Part shown: positions 31,720 through 45,162 of the stretch, piece after piece
Layout: the number at the start of each line of letters is the position of its first letter
Position numbering within the stretch: position 1 is the stretch's first letter
From: Eledone cirrhosa
Lineage: Eukaryota
Reading direction: 5' to 3'
DNA length: 64,000 nucleotides
Assembly: GCA_964016885.1 (NCBI GenBank)
Contig: OZ024754.1
Coordinates: 22,320,001-22,384,000, forward strand
Notes under the pieces: generated by a model
Database searches by the model: none
The model's input: only the letters and a program-made list of their open reading frames with translations
What the model was told of the DNA's origin: nothing
Position numbers and translations under genes: made by a program

Positions 31720-34610
31720 CATCACCATCATACTTCCGCTTTTCTCTGCTTGCAAGGTGGGGACGGGTCTTATTCAGCAGAGCATCTCTCCACCGTGAGC
31801 TTCAGCAATCTGAGGTCTGTTCTCACCACCTCTGCCATGTTTTTCGTGGTCTACCTCTACCACGTCTTCCTTCAACTGGCATTTCCTGGTACTTCTTCAC
31901 CCATCAGTCATCCTCCATGCGCATCACATGTCCATACCACCGCAGTCTCTTCTCTCACACACTACATTCTATCCCTCTCAGACACAGTTTCTCTCTCAAC
32001 ACATCCATGCTGGGTCGTTCACGCACATTGACATTGCACAACCAATGGAGCATGCTTGCCTCATTTCTCTCCAGCCGTCGCATATCCTCTGCAGTTGCTG
32101 CCCAAGTCTCACTACCATGCAGTATCGCGCCCCTCGCACAGGCATCATATAACCGGCCTTTTATACGCAAAGAGAAACCCTTCTTCTTCAATAGAGGATG
32201 CAGATCCCTAAACTTCTTCCAACCCGTCCTTATTCTAGATACTATGGCCTCGGAACCCCCCCCCCCCTCCCATGCTAATCTGATCCCCCTAGGTACCGGA
32301 AGCTATCCACCACTTCTATAGCAACCGCCTGCATTTGAAAAATGTGTCTATCAATGCGACTTCTGTCTAATTTCCCTGTACATCTACTGCATACGTATTT
32401 CTCCCTACCTGTTAGTTTGCCTGCTATCCCACTATATCTCTTGTGTACCCAGGATTTGCATTGTGTGCATTTTATAGAATTTATGCCAGTTCACTGTAAA
32501 TGAGGTTGGTGTTAGGAAGGGCATCCAGCTGTAGAAATCAAGCCAGAATCAGTTCCTGTCCCACCCTTGCAAGCAGGGAAAAAGTGGACGTAAAATGAAA
32601 TGATGATGATGATTGCTTTTCTGCATATTGAACATGGCCATTTCCCTGACGGAATCAGAGTTTTGTCCCCTTTTCTACTCATCAACACTTTTGTCTTAGC
32701 TAGGTTCACTCTCAGTCCTCTTGCTTCCAACTGCTGTTTCCATAGCCAGAATTTATTCTCTAGCTCCTCTACTGATTCTGCTATAAGAACCAGATCGTCA
32801 GCATAGAGAAGTTCCCATGGACAGCCAGTCTTAAACTCCTCTGTTATGGCTTGGAGGACTAGAATGAACAAGAGCGGGCTGAGGACCGAACCCTGATGTA
32901 CTCCTACTTGTATCTGGAATTCTTCACTAAACTCCATTCCTACTCTCACTTTACTGACAGCACCTCTGTACAAAGTTTTCACTGTCCTCACATGCCATTC
33001 CTCAACACCTAGTTTCCCTAGGGACCACCAGATGACACATCAGGGTACCCTATCAAAGGCCTTCTCTAGGTCAACAAAAGCTAATAAATATAGTGGCTTA
33101 TTCTTCTCTAAGAACCTCTCTTGTAATTGTCTCACCAAGAAGAGGGCATCTGTTGTACTTTTCCCAGGCACAACACCAAACTGCATCTCATCTAGTTTGA
33201 CCCTTTCTCTAATTAGTTGTGCTAATATCCTTTCTGCCACTTTCATAACCTGATCCATCAGTTTTATACTCCTATAATTGCTCCTCTCCAGAGCATCCCC
33301 TTTACCTTTGAAGCAATTTATGAGAATACTGCTGCACCATATATAGCCTGATGGATGATGCGTGCAACCAGTTTAGTACCTACGTCCCCTGATGCCTTCA
33401 ACACCTCAGCAACTATCCCCGACGGTCCAGCAGCCTTACCATTTTTCATTTCCTTAATAGCCTCTTGGACCCTATATTCATCAATCTCAATAGTTGGTCC
33501 CTCTGTCAGATCTACTGAGGGTAATTTCTCTCTCTCCCATTCGTTCTCCACATTCATCAGTCTCTCATAATGACATTTCCAGGCCTCCTTTTTCTGATCA
33601 TTCGTGACACTAAGTACACCGGCATCATTCCGGACACACTTATCTACAACAACATCCTGATTTGCATTGACACACTGCCTTGCAATGTGGAACACCGCAC
33701 GCCTCTGATCTTCCCATTGCAGAACATTGGCAAATCTCCTACTCTCAGCCTACTATGCATACTAAGTACGCCTGATGTGTAGCTTCTCTCTTAGCGGCTG
33801 TATATCCTTCTCTACTCCCACCCTTTTTCCAAGCCTTTCATACTACTATTTTGTCTCTAATGGCCCTATCTACTGTGGTTGGCAGGTGTCTGGAAGTTAG
33901 TGTTGCAAATAGTCAGTGTACTTGCATCACAAAATTCAAGAAGTCTCACTCCTTCTTCATTTCTTGAGCCATAACCGTGCCCACCATGTACCCCAGTGTA
34001 ACCATCTTGGAGCTGTCCAACATGACCATTGAAGTCCCCTGCTAGCATAACAATGTCTCCGTCCTCTGTCATTGCGGCTGTTTGTAAAAGTTGCTCATAA
34101 AAGCAGTCTTTCTCTTCCTTACCTAGGCCTGCTTGAGAAGCATAGGCAGAGATGATTGTCAGTAGTCTCCAGCCTACAGCTAATCTAAGCTTAATTATTC
34201 GATTATTAACTCAAACTACCTCTATTGTCTTATTGATCCATCTCTCAGCCAGGAAAATGCCTACTCCCCCTAAGCCATCATCGTTACCTACCCGGAAAAG
34301 CTTATAACTAAGATGTTTGCCTGCGAATAGTCTCGCAGAGGCACCTCTCCATCTCACCTCTTGCACACATCCACATGCCTTCTCTCTAGCATCTCCGCTA
34401 TTTCACCAGATCTACCTGTGAGAGTGCCAACATTAAGTGTTGCAACTCTGAGATGTGAGGTCTTCATATTTTTGTTGTTTCTATATATATTTGTTGCTGT
34501 GCTTATAATTGTTTTGGCATTGATACACTGGTTGGATGCCCTTCCTAACACCAGTGCCACTTTACAGCATGGACTGGGTGCTTTTATTCGTCACCAACAC
34601 TAAAGAGGAT
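31720..34610 (-). mobile_element. Near full-length decayed RTE family A LINE, with a short RTE-tailed SINE fragment at 32493-32613
   Basis: N-terminal LRVATLNVGTLTGRSGE, AGDFNGHVG, FVDLEKAFDRVP, LLYADDL, LHGSETW; highly similar to 24547-27152 in the opposite orientation. Confidence 0.92.
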
Positions 34611-34980
34611 TTCTTACTGAACTCATGGGCCCTCTCTACCCCTCCATTTTACAGCATGGTCATAACAAAAAAAAAAAAATAACACCACTTATTGACACTC
34701 ACGGCACACACACACTCACTCACACACCAACACTCATGCATACAAACACACACACACACATACATACATATATATATATATATATTATCGTCAGTACTGA
34801 TACAAATCATGTCAACTGTTAACTTTTACAGTTCAGTATTTTCATAATAATAATAATTGTTTGCTTTAGATCATAGAGCAACGGCCCTCCACGCTCCGGG
34901 CCCCAAAACAAGGCACCAGCAATGTGCTGGGACAATCGCTGCCCCGTGCCAAGAATAGAATAGTTATTACTATTATTATA

Positions 34981-35170
34981 GGTGGATTGGCAGTATCTGT
35001 AGAGGGTCGGACGCCATGCTTTGCAGCAAAGAGTTACGTCCCTTTATGGTCTGAGTTCAAATCTCACTGAGGTTAACTTTGCCTTTCATCCTTATGGGGT
35101 CGATAAAATAAAGTACCAGTAATACACTGGGATAATTGCTGGCCTTGTGCCAAAAGTAGAAACAATTATT
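34981..35170 (+). mobile_element. Meta-core SINE copy
   Basis: Same family, + orientation. Confidence 0.85.
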
Positions 35171-35790
35171 ATTGTTGTTTTCTTCTTAAAGCCTGATTGC
35201 TGGTGATGGTGGTGGTGGTGGATGGTGTCAGTGAGGGTGATGGCAGTTGTCGTTGTTGTTGTTCATTTCACTGATGCTGCTGCTGCAGACAATGGTATTG
35301 TTGCTGTTGTTGTAGTCGCTAGGTTGAAATTTTGAAATTTGGTCGCTTCGCGTGTGTGATATATACACACATGGATTCACAATCGTGAGGTTGTGCGTTC
35401 ACTTCCTGGACCAGGCAATGCGTTATGTCCTTGAGCAAAACACTTTATTTGACGGTGCTCTTTCTATTTGGAATTGCGACTGATAGATAGTATTAGCAAT
35501 TCGAAAGACCAATGGAAACATTGTTTCCTTGGTCCGATTTGACGAAAGTCGATCAACTGTCGAGATATATGTATATATATATATATATAGTGTATGTATG
35601 TATATGCCTTTTTATTAAAAACTAACTATATATCTTGATGTGTCTTGTGAAGGATGAAAGCACTAGATTCAAATAATAAGCTGTTTTTTTTTTATTCAAG
35701 TGATAAACAGTGTTTTATTACCTTTTCTGACAATTATACTTTAACACTCACACACAATGACATATATGTATCGATGATTATCTTCTTCAG

Positions 35791-35904
35791 AACATTTAGA
35801 AAAAAACCGAAGCAGAGCCTTACAGTCAGTTAATTCAGTCATGTCCAAAGAGACTGACCAAGTCAAGAACACTTCTCCCTCCTCTTCACACAAAATCTCG
35901 GATG
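35791..35904 (+). CDS. ZFAND3: ZFAND3-like AN1-type zinc finger protein, internal exon (phase 1-1; upstream A20-finger exons not found in window)
   Basis: ttcttcag|AACATTTAG...TCGGATG|gtaagt; 114 nt open (HLEKNRSRALQSVNSVMSKETDQVKNTSPSSSHKISD), in frame with the next exon. Confidence 0.7.
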
Positions 35905-37961
35905 GTAAGTTTTTAATTATTGCAGAATATTCTAGATTAATACTTTTCATAACAACCTGGCCAAAACTGGGTCTGATTCTATAAAACACATCTGTGTGTT
36001 AGCTGGATGTCATAAGCAACCACTTTGCAGCATAGACTGGTTATATTATACCACTAACATTACACATGTTTTTCTATCAGTGACTCATCTATACTGTATC
36101 ATCTCTTTTTCAGAGTTACTACTCTTCTAGACAGGTTGCCTTTGCTATGGTTTGTTGAGTCCACATGTTCCCATTCATAAATAGTAAACTATTAATAAGA
36201 ATATTGTTAAATGGAGGTTATTTTTGTCTCCATAGATATTCCTCCTGTACATGTGTATACAAATGTAAAAAGTACTTCAGTTTGTAATAATTTAATTACC
36301 TTTTATTATTATTGAAGATAGTAAATAAAAATAAATGTTATATTTACTTTGTCTTTTTGGTCTTGATGGAGTTGTAAGGTTGCCATCATAACTTGTGTCT
36401 TGGACATTTTAAGTCTTCCATACCTCATTGTTTATCCCTCTCCCTTGTTGTGTCTTAGACATTTTAAGTCTTCCAGACCTCATTGCTCATCCCTCTCCAT
36501 TTCTGACCACAGGCATTTTTTCCAGAGAGAAAGAAAGTGGGGGAGAGAGAATTATTAACAGATTGGCAGTATCGGTAGAGTGTCGGACAACATGCTTTGC
36601 GGCATAGAGTTACAGCTCTTTTCATTCTGAGTTCAAATCCCACCAAGGTTAGCTTTACCTTTCATCCTTACGGAGTCGATAAAATAAAGCACCAGTAATG
36701 CACTGGGGGCAATTTAATCAACTTTCCCCTCCCCTAAAATTGTTGGTTTTGTGCCTAAATCAGAAAACATTATTATTATTATTATCAACAGTGGACTGTA
36801 TTTTATTTACTGACCCTGGATAAGATGAAAGGCTTAGTTGGCCCTCGGTGGGTTTTGAACTCAGAACTCCACAAAGCTTGAGGTTAAAAATAAATCTTCA
36901 TTTAGCTAATTTTAGTTTGAGAACTTATTGAAAGTAAATCCCTGCATTTAATTGGTAACAATTTTGTCCTTCATGTATAATTCATAAATTTTATTTTATT
37001 TTAAAAGTACAATGGCATTAGTACACTTATATCACTATCACCATCATCATCATCATCATCCATTTTTCATTATTGTCAGTTGACTGCAGAATAAAAAAAA
37101 TCCCTGGTGATTACTAAATATGTAGATTAGTTGTGGCACAGATGTTTTAGTATGTCACTTGAGAAAATAGTTATAGAAGACTGGTACAATATGGCAGTTA
37201 CAATATGGTTGCATGTAAATCTATTTCAATGATTGATTGATTGATTGATTAATTTTGTTGAAGAAGAGCCAATGCAGGAGTTAAAAGTGGGAGGCTCCCT
37301 GGAGAAAAGAGCAGCAGAAATTAGATCAGCTGTAGGAAGTAGTCTTAATGTTCTCTAAAAGAACTTTCTTTTCAGTGGAAGTGGGAATGTTTTACCAGAT
37401 ACACACTGTAAATTACATGCTATAAAGTGGTTTGCATTAGGAAGGCATCCAACCATAGAAATCAAACCAAAAATAGAGTGTACACTTGACCAGTATGCCT
37501 CAGTATGTGACAGTTTGTCTAAGCCAAGCATGAAAAATAGTCGTTAAACTGTGTTGATGATAAAGACTGTTATTCACTGTTTTAGACAAATATATATAGA
37601 ACAGGATTTTCATGTCTAAAATTTGGTATTATCCCTTCTAATACCAAACTACCTAAAACCACTCTTCGTTCTATGATACAAAGATGTTTAATTTAAAAGT
37701 GTTTATATATACCTTTCACCATGATCTTTATGGAACCTTTGTTTTAATCCAGAAAAAGTTAGCTATATTACTAAATCCCGCCAATGCTTTGAGAAATTAA
37801 GGAAACCTTTTTGTGTGTATATTCATAATTTGTTTTGAGGGTGGGGGTTAAGTTTAGGTATAAAATTTATGTTGAGTTCATTTCTGATCAAATTTCTTTT
37901 GTGCTTAACCTTAATTTTTATTCCTATTTGTATTTCTCAAACCTTTCTTTTTCTTACTCAG

Positions 37962-38520
37962 CCACATTAGAAAATTCTCAACTACAGGAGCGACGAGGAG
38001 TAGCTGTTTCTCATCTCAGCAGTGACTCGTCAGTCTCTAAAACAGTACAACCAGCATCTGATCCTAACTTTGCCAGTAACCAACTTGTAGACACTACTTG
38101 TGATGATAGGTTAGATGTGTCGCGATCTGGTGCTGCTTCAGGCAGTGGGACTGGTGAAACCAGTATAATGTTTTCAGAGCAAAGGCCTGCTAAAATCTTC
38201 TCTAATTCTGTAACTAAATGTGCTAACAATGGTGTGCCCTTGTCAGACACAGCAATGAATAACAATGACATTTACAATAAGAATGCTATATTGGTAATGA
38301 GTGACGAAGGTCACTCAACACTCAGGGATAAGAACTCTTTGGGAAAAGAGAAACTAAATAATGAATCAACTGTTCCAGTTACAAGCACAGCTTCGACATC
38401 ATGCCGGGAGGAAAGTACTCAGTGCTCATCTGGAAATCTAAATAATCAGCCAGTAGCAACATCCTGTCAACAGCAGTCAACGCCTGAGAAGAATCCAGAA
38501 GAACAGAAAGGTGTAAAAAG
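37962..38520 (+). CDS. ZFAND3: ZFAND3-like exon, Ser/Thr-rich linker
   Basis: Polypyrimidine tract plus cag|CCACATTAG...GTAAAAAG|gtaaaa; 559 nt open within ORF 37835-38524; phases 1 and 2 match the neighbouring exons. Confidence 0.85.
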
Positions 38521-39923
38521 GTAAAACTCTTCAACAATTATTTCAACAGGTTTCCTCTTTCAAATAAAAACAACTTGAAAATTAGGAAAACAAAATATAA
38601 ATATTTTCTTTTACTTCATGATTCAGGTTTTCAGAACCTTGAGTACTTGTTAATTTTGACAAAGTTAAGACTTAATTTCTTTTTAATTTTCACACACATG
38701 ATCTTAATAACCCTACTTTAGGTGAAGTTCTGTTTAAATATTCATCATCATTGTCACCCACAAGCATGAGTTAGGCGGGTTATTACAGACAATGCCATTA
38801 CTTAATCTTGTGAGTTGAATGGTGGCGACACCTATCTCAATGTTTCATTTTTGACATGGTTTTTATAGCAGGACTCCTTTCATAATACAAACTACTTTAG
38901 AGTGTACTGGGTATATTTTTTTGTGGCACCTGCACTAAGTCAGTTGTCATATCCTTAATACAACTAAAAGGTCCTCTCAACTCTTTGTTTGGCATGGTTT
39001 CTATGGCTGGATACCCTTGCCACTGCCAATCACTTTACAAAGTGTACTGTGTGCATGTCACCATGACACCAGCACTAGTGAGGTGAACAAGTATTGCTGT
39101 AACAGGTCAGATATGTTACAATACTTAGTTCTGGAGTGTATGACTCAAGAGTTCAATTCTTAGACCAACCCTTTGTCATAACTCCTGACAAAATAATGAT
39201 GTCCCCAATACTAAATCCCAATTGTCAAACTAATATAATAGAGAACAAAGTAATGTAACATTTCTAACCCTTAACTACACAGTCATGCTTGCACCTATGT
39301 AGAAATATGTTTATTACTGTAGTTAATGTTGTTCAACACACGTTAAAGATCTAAATAACCTCTGTTTGCTGGTGCATGAATGACTGACCTGATAAAATTC
39401 ATAGACTGGGCTGTGTTTGTATATTCCACTAAATATGTTGAATGTTAAAATGTCAATAAGGTTTAACTCTCTTGATACCAACACTGTCTTGGGTTCTAAT
39501 AAACAAAAACACCCATCTTAAAGGGTTCCTATGTTAGCTTATGTGACAAATATAATTTTAACAAATAAATATTTAATAATTTTAGTAAATCCATCTGCAT
39601 TCTTCATTAATTTATTCAAATACAATGTATCTTATTATAAATCTGGTCATGAAAGTTTAAATCCTTAATTATAAAGACAAATGATACAATGAATTACATT
39701 ACTTAGACTATTTCAGTTTAATGGTTCATAACTTTGTTTCTTATTACAAGATGTTTCATTGTGTGCTCTTATGGTAGGGCAGTCATTAGAACATTGGATA
39801 GAATACTTTGCAGCACTTGTTCTGACACTTTGCACTCTGATTTCAAATCCTGCTGAGATCAACTTTGCCTTTCATTCTTTCGAGATTGATAAATATATAA
39901 CACTAGTCCAGTACTGGAATTGA

Positions 39924-39971
<48 letters not shown>

Positions 39972-40679
39972 AGGTGTGTTCTGACCTGGTGTGAGATGGG
40001 CTCCACCCAGTTCAAGATTTGTGTGTGTATATATATATATATACACACACACACTTTTTGTGTAATACCACCTGAGTGTAATGCGAGCCCATATTTCTGG
40101 GGCTAAAAAAAATATGGGATAACTTACACCCATGTATATAATATGACCTTGTAGTGCAGCTACATCTATGTAAATGTTTTGGTAAACTTGCACCATTTTC
40201 TCCATCAAAATCTCCTCACACACACATTTCTCTACAATATTCAGTTTCTTATGATGTTAAAGGATATAAAACAATTTGATGTTTTGTGTAGAAGGGCCCA
40301 CTCGATGTATTTACACTCTTGCCATTTTAAATGAGTATCTTTAAGCTCAGTAAGAAATTCTGAAGCTGTGTCAATACCCTTCCTTTTGCTCTTAATTTTA
40401 GTTGCAAAATTTTTCATATGAGAAAATACTGTGCTTAATTGTATGTATTACTTCCTTGATTCAGTAGAACAGCTAGTATTTGGCTATCGTTTTGTCTTAA
40501 AGTCTATCTATTTCTGGTGTATTAAAGTGTATATTTCTGAGACCAGTATTTCTACCTGCTCTGAGATTGTGGGGGTGGGGGGGGGTAGAACTGAAGTTGT
40601 GGTGTTGATGACTTCCTAAAAGCAACTGAAATTAAGATAGGTGAACCTTTACTCACAAAATGTATTGGGTTATTTGCAG

Positions 40680-40789
40680 AACCATAGATGAAATGGAAGA
40701 AAAACCAGTTCAGATAAACAAGAAAAGATGTTTTCATTGTAAATGCAAATTAGAATTAGCACAACGTCAAATTGGTCAGTGCCGCTGTG
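40680..40789 (+). CDS. ZFAND3: ZFAND3-like exon, first half of the AN1 finger
   Basis: tttgcag|A ACC ATA...; [23 protein letters not shown]; G|gtaagt. Confidence 0.92.
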
Positions 40790-40793
40790 GTAA

Positions 40794-40852
<59 letters not shown>

Positions 40853-42422
40853 TTTTTTTCAGTCGTTTTTTTTTTTTGTTTTTTTTTTTTACCAGCTTTG
40901 GCAGAGAGATTAGAGTGTGGTATATTTGTTCTGGTTCCTTGTACTTTGGGTTCAATCTCCAGTAAGGTTTACTTTGTTATTCATCCTTTTGGGGTTGATA
41001 AAGAAAGTACCAACACGTTGGTACAACTACCTCTCCCCATCCAGCTGTGATGTCTTGGATGTTTCTCTGAACTAGAGGAACAAGGTGTCTATATCTGTTT
41101 ACATCTACATGAACCCAAGTCATATTCAATTGCAAGTGATGGTTATTTTTATTCTATTACATTATCACAGGAAAAACTGAAGTCTTTATTCTAATACTGC
41201 AAATTTTCACTATGATCTGTCCATTAATAAGGATATTATAGACATTTAAATTAACTTGTTAAAAGATATTTTCTGCTAAATCATTATACAGTGTTAAGCA
41301 TTAACTCTTTCTACTAGAAAAGACACTACAAACATTGGAATTGACAAACCATTTTTTTTTTTTTATAAAGATATTTTCTGTTAAATTACTATAGGATGTT
41401 AGAGTTAACTAATAGTTCAGTTTAAAATGGTTTTGTGTGGTATAGTTTTCTGTGTTGTTATTACAATGCTGTATAGGACATTAATTAAACAATAGTTCAG
41501 TTTAAAAAGGCCTTTGTTGTTTCAATTCTCTATAGGATATTAGTTAAGCAATAGTTCAGTTTAACTTTTAGCACGCTGGTAATTTTTATGAGTAGTTTTC
41601 CTTGACACTGCAAATTACTCATATGGTGCCATGTGTCGCCCACAGCATCCTGAAGGTTAAAAATTGGTTTTGTGTGGTATAGATTTCTGTGTTGTTTCAG
41701 TGTGACTTCCAAATAATAAATAAATGTATTTTTTATTAATTACTGTCAAGTTGTTCCCTGAAGCATAAGTTATGTTTGTAAACAATGTAGTATGGCCTAT
41801 TTATACATATAGCTTATATTGACATAATATTCTATTAGTCTTGTTTACCAATTTTAAAAGGTGCTGTTATTATTACAGATAATTCGTAGGGTATATGGCA
41901 GCAAATTGGCAGAATTGTTAGGGCGTCAGCTTACAGTGCTTTGAGTTCAAATCCCACAGAGGTCAATAAATAAAGCCTAGTATTGGGTGTGGGTCTTACT
42001 CAATCTCTCTGGAAGCGCGACAGACATCTCACATACAATCCCTCACTCTACAATATTCATTGGGTGCATTTTATGAGGACTAGGGAGGATGTCATGTCTT
42101 TAACACGACTGACGTTTTGTTTGTCGAGGTTTCTATGGCTGAATGCCTTTCCTATCACCAACCACTTAACAGAATGTACTGGGTATATTTATCATGTCAC
42201 CAACACCAGAGAGTTTATCATGTCTTTGACACAGCTGAGAGGTAAGGATAAAGATACTTATGTGTGTATATGTGTATGATGGTACATATACTTATGTGTG
42301 TATATGTGTATGATGGTACATTTACTTGTGAGTGTATATGTGTATGATGATACTTGTGCGTGTGTGTGTGTCTAGACATGTCCAAACACATGGTTTCTTT
42401 GAAATTCCTTTTTTCTTTGCAG

Positions 42423-42574
42423 ATTATGTCTTCTGTGCAGCACATCGATTGCCAGAGCAACACAATTGTATTTTTGATCACAAAGAAGATGGCCGCCGAG
42501 AAGCTAGAGAAAAAATGATAAAGCCCGTTCGACATTTAGGAACCTCTTTCAGAAGACTTGATTCCGACTCATGA
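42423..42574 (+). CDS. ZFAND3: ZFAND3-like last coding exon
   Basis: tttgcag|AT TAT GTC; [49 protein letters not shown], resembling the ZFAND3 C-terminus (YVFCMLHRLPEQHDCTFDH). Confidence 0.93.
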
Positions 42575-42714
42575 GACTACTATTCCTAAAAACCTATGCA
42601 CTTTTCACATTTTCAGTTTCAATGAAATTGGAAACCAAAAAAAAAAAAAATTTATTACCATTGATTTTGAAGAGACTGCTTCATTCTTTAAAATAAAATA
42701 ATAAAAAAAAAAAG

Positions 42715-42749
<35 letters not shown>

Positions 42750-42912
42750 TGTGTGTATGTATGTGTGTGTATATATGTATATATATATATATATATATAG
42801 TGTGTGTATATATGTATATGTATATATATATAGTGTGTGTATATATATATATATAATGTGTGTGTGTATATATATATATATGTATGTATGTATATGTATA
42901 TATATATATATA

Positions 42913-42944
<32 letters not shown>

Positions 42945-44051
42945 CACAAAATATTAAATAAAGTTAACTATGCTACTCAATTCTTTCAAATTAAGAATTG
43001 CTAATATAATGATGATGGTAATGCTGGTGTTTATATTATATACTATTCATTTCTGAGCTCTCTAACCAAATCTTCCCAACCACTTTCATATGGATCACAT
43101 ACAACTGTTTATTCTATAGAGGTTATTGGCTTACAGAACAAGTATTCACTATATATAATATAATATATATACATACATACATATATATATATGTGTATGT
43201 ATGATGTATATACAAACATAGACTTTATGTATATTGAATAAAAAGAGATATTTCATAAACAGGCTGATTTGGTGAACAAAATTCTATTATTGCTATAGAA
43301 ATATTAACACCATATGTGTAACACTTTTATAGATCACATTGAGAGATACTTATATCGTGTGTTAATGTATCTATGATCTGTAGAAGCTTTTCAAAGCACA
43401 ATTCTAGCCATATCTAAGCACCTGGTAATTAAAGCTCTATTTATAATGTTTATAAACTGTTTAGTTGATTGGTATGGTTCTTTGGCTGGCTGGTTGGACA
43501 TTTCTGCTCTAAATTGTTTTTTTTAATGATTTAGAGAATGAAGGGCAGCATTTTGACTTCTTTTCAATGCCCCCAGGATGGAGCAAGGAAGTTTTCTTCC
43601 AACTGGAGGCTTGACTTAAATGTTTGTAATAGTTAGAACTGTTAAAAGGTATCCAAGAGCCAAGTGCTGATGGTATTGAACAACGGATTAAGTGTACCTC
43701 TTGAGAATTAGCAAGCAGGTGGGATGTAATTTTTATAAAATTTATATTTAATTTTGAATTAAAAAATGAATTAACAATAAAAACAACAGCAATATTTAGC
43801 TGAGTGGATTTAAGGGCTAAAACACTTCCTTGAGTTGGGGTTTCTTTTCTGAAGACCTGTTGTTCAGCTCTCCTGAGAGTTTCTTACTACTGAATTGAAA
43901 CTAACAATAAAAAGAGCAGCAATACTTAGCTGAGTAGAAAACCTTTTAGAGATATCTGAATTGAGTGAAACAATTTCACCTGAGTATCTCTCATCTCATT
44001 TCCTTATTTCATCTCATCGTTTTTCTTTCACTTATTTTTTTTCAAAGAATT

Positions 44052-44225
44052 CCAAAACCAGTTGTAAACCCTGTGTACCCACTACCATACTACGGAAGTG
44101 TGTATAAGGGTCCCAAACTAGTAAACCCTGTGTACCCACTACCATATACGGAAGTGTGTATAAGTGTCCCAAACTAGTAAACCCTGTGTACCCACTACCA
44201 TACTACGGACTGTATAAGGGTCCAA
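44052..44225. repeat. Three tandem copies of a ~56-bp unit
   Basis: ccaaactagtaaaccctgtgtacccactaccatactacggaagtgtgtataagggtc. Confidence 0.9.
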
Positions 44226-45018
44226 AATTGCTCCAATTGTCAAGATATCTGCTTCACAATCATGCGGTTTCAGATTTGATCACACTACATGGCCCCTTAA
44301 CCCTTTTATTATCATATTTCTAACAAAACACATTACTTTTGACTTTCAAATCGTTTTGAAAATGATCAAGAATTTGGAAAGATATAGTAATGTAACTTTC
44401 ATCATTAAATTGGTGTTTGGAACATAACTTAACAAATGTTCTTACATAAAACCATGATGTAAGGTTTTTAGATAAATATGTACATTATAAAAAAAGACTG
44501 TTCTGTATGATAGAGACAGTTTCTGGTGAGTCCATATGTAATTAGGAGCTCATTAAGGTCTTCAATATTTTCTATTGTCACTTGCTATTAGTAATGTGAG
44601 TCAGCTGGCAGTTTGGTATCAAGAGTTAACAAGTGCCTTCTATGGTTTTGGGTTAATCCAGTCTTGTGAATACCATTTATATAGACAAAAACTGGGAGAA
44701 GTTTGGTAGATAGACGTTGTAACTGTAATCTAAAGGGGCTAGCGCTTGTCACAGTTGCACTGATTACATTTAAGGCCACTATAATTCAACAAGTAAGGAA
44801 TTCTGTCTATTGAACAGCTCAGATATTTATTGCTCATTGTCGAAACTGGCAGAGGATCCACTCATACACACACATATGCTCACAAATACACACGCACTCA
44901 TACACATACACATGCTCACAAATACACACACACTTGTGTATACAGAATCCTTACACATTTAAATAACTTATTTTTTCTGATTTTCTGCTGGTGTGTCAGT
45001 AATTTAGGTCCACTTTAA

Positions 45019-45162
45019 CCCTTTAGCATTTACATTACTCTATATACTATTGTATTTTTGCATCAAAGGCTTTATCTTACATAATATCAAATCTGAGATT
45101 TTGATATTTATTTTAAGAACAATACTTATGAGAGAATTCTGGCCGGTTTAAATGTTAAAGGG
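45019..45162. mobile_element. piggyBac-like MITE
   Basis: TTAA|ccctttagcattta...taaatgttaaaggg|TTAA. Confidence 0.7.

Noticed and set aside
35478-35535. CTGATAGA...GAAA followed by a hairpin, hammerhead-like
   Set aside because: Extra base in the core, no stem II pairing, no UH triplet, and it lies in a SINE body
36393-36500. Local ~56-bp tandem duplication (similar small duplications at 41260-41700, 43770-43940 and 51390-51545)
   Set aside because: Ordinary slippage duplications with no further structure
37835-37961. N-terminal part of the 229-aa ORF
   Set aside because: Intronic polypyrimidine tract; the exon starts at the acceptor at 37962
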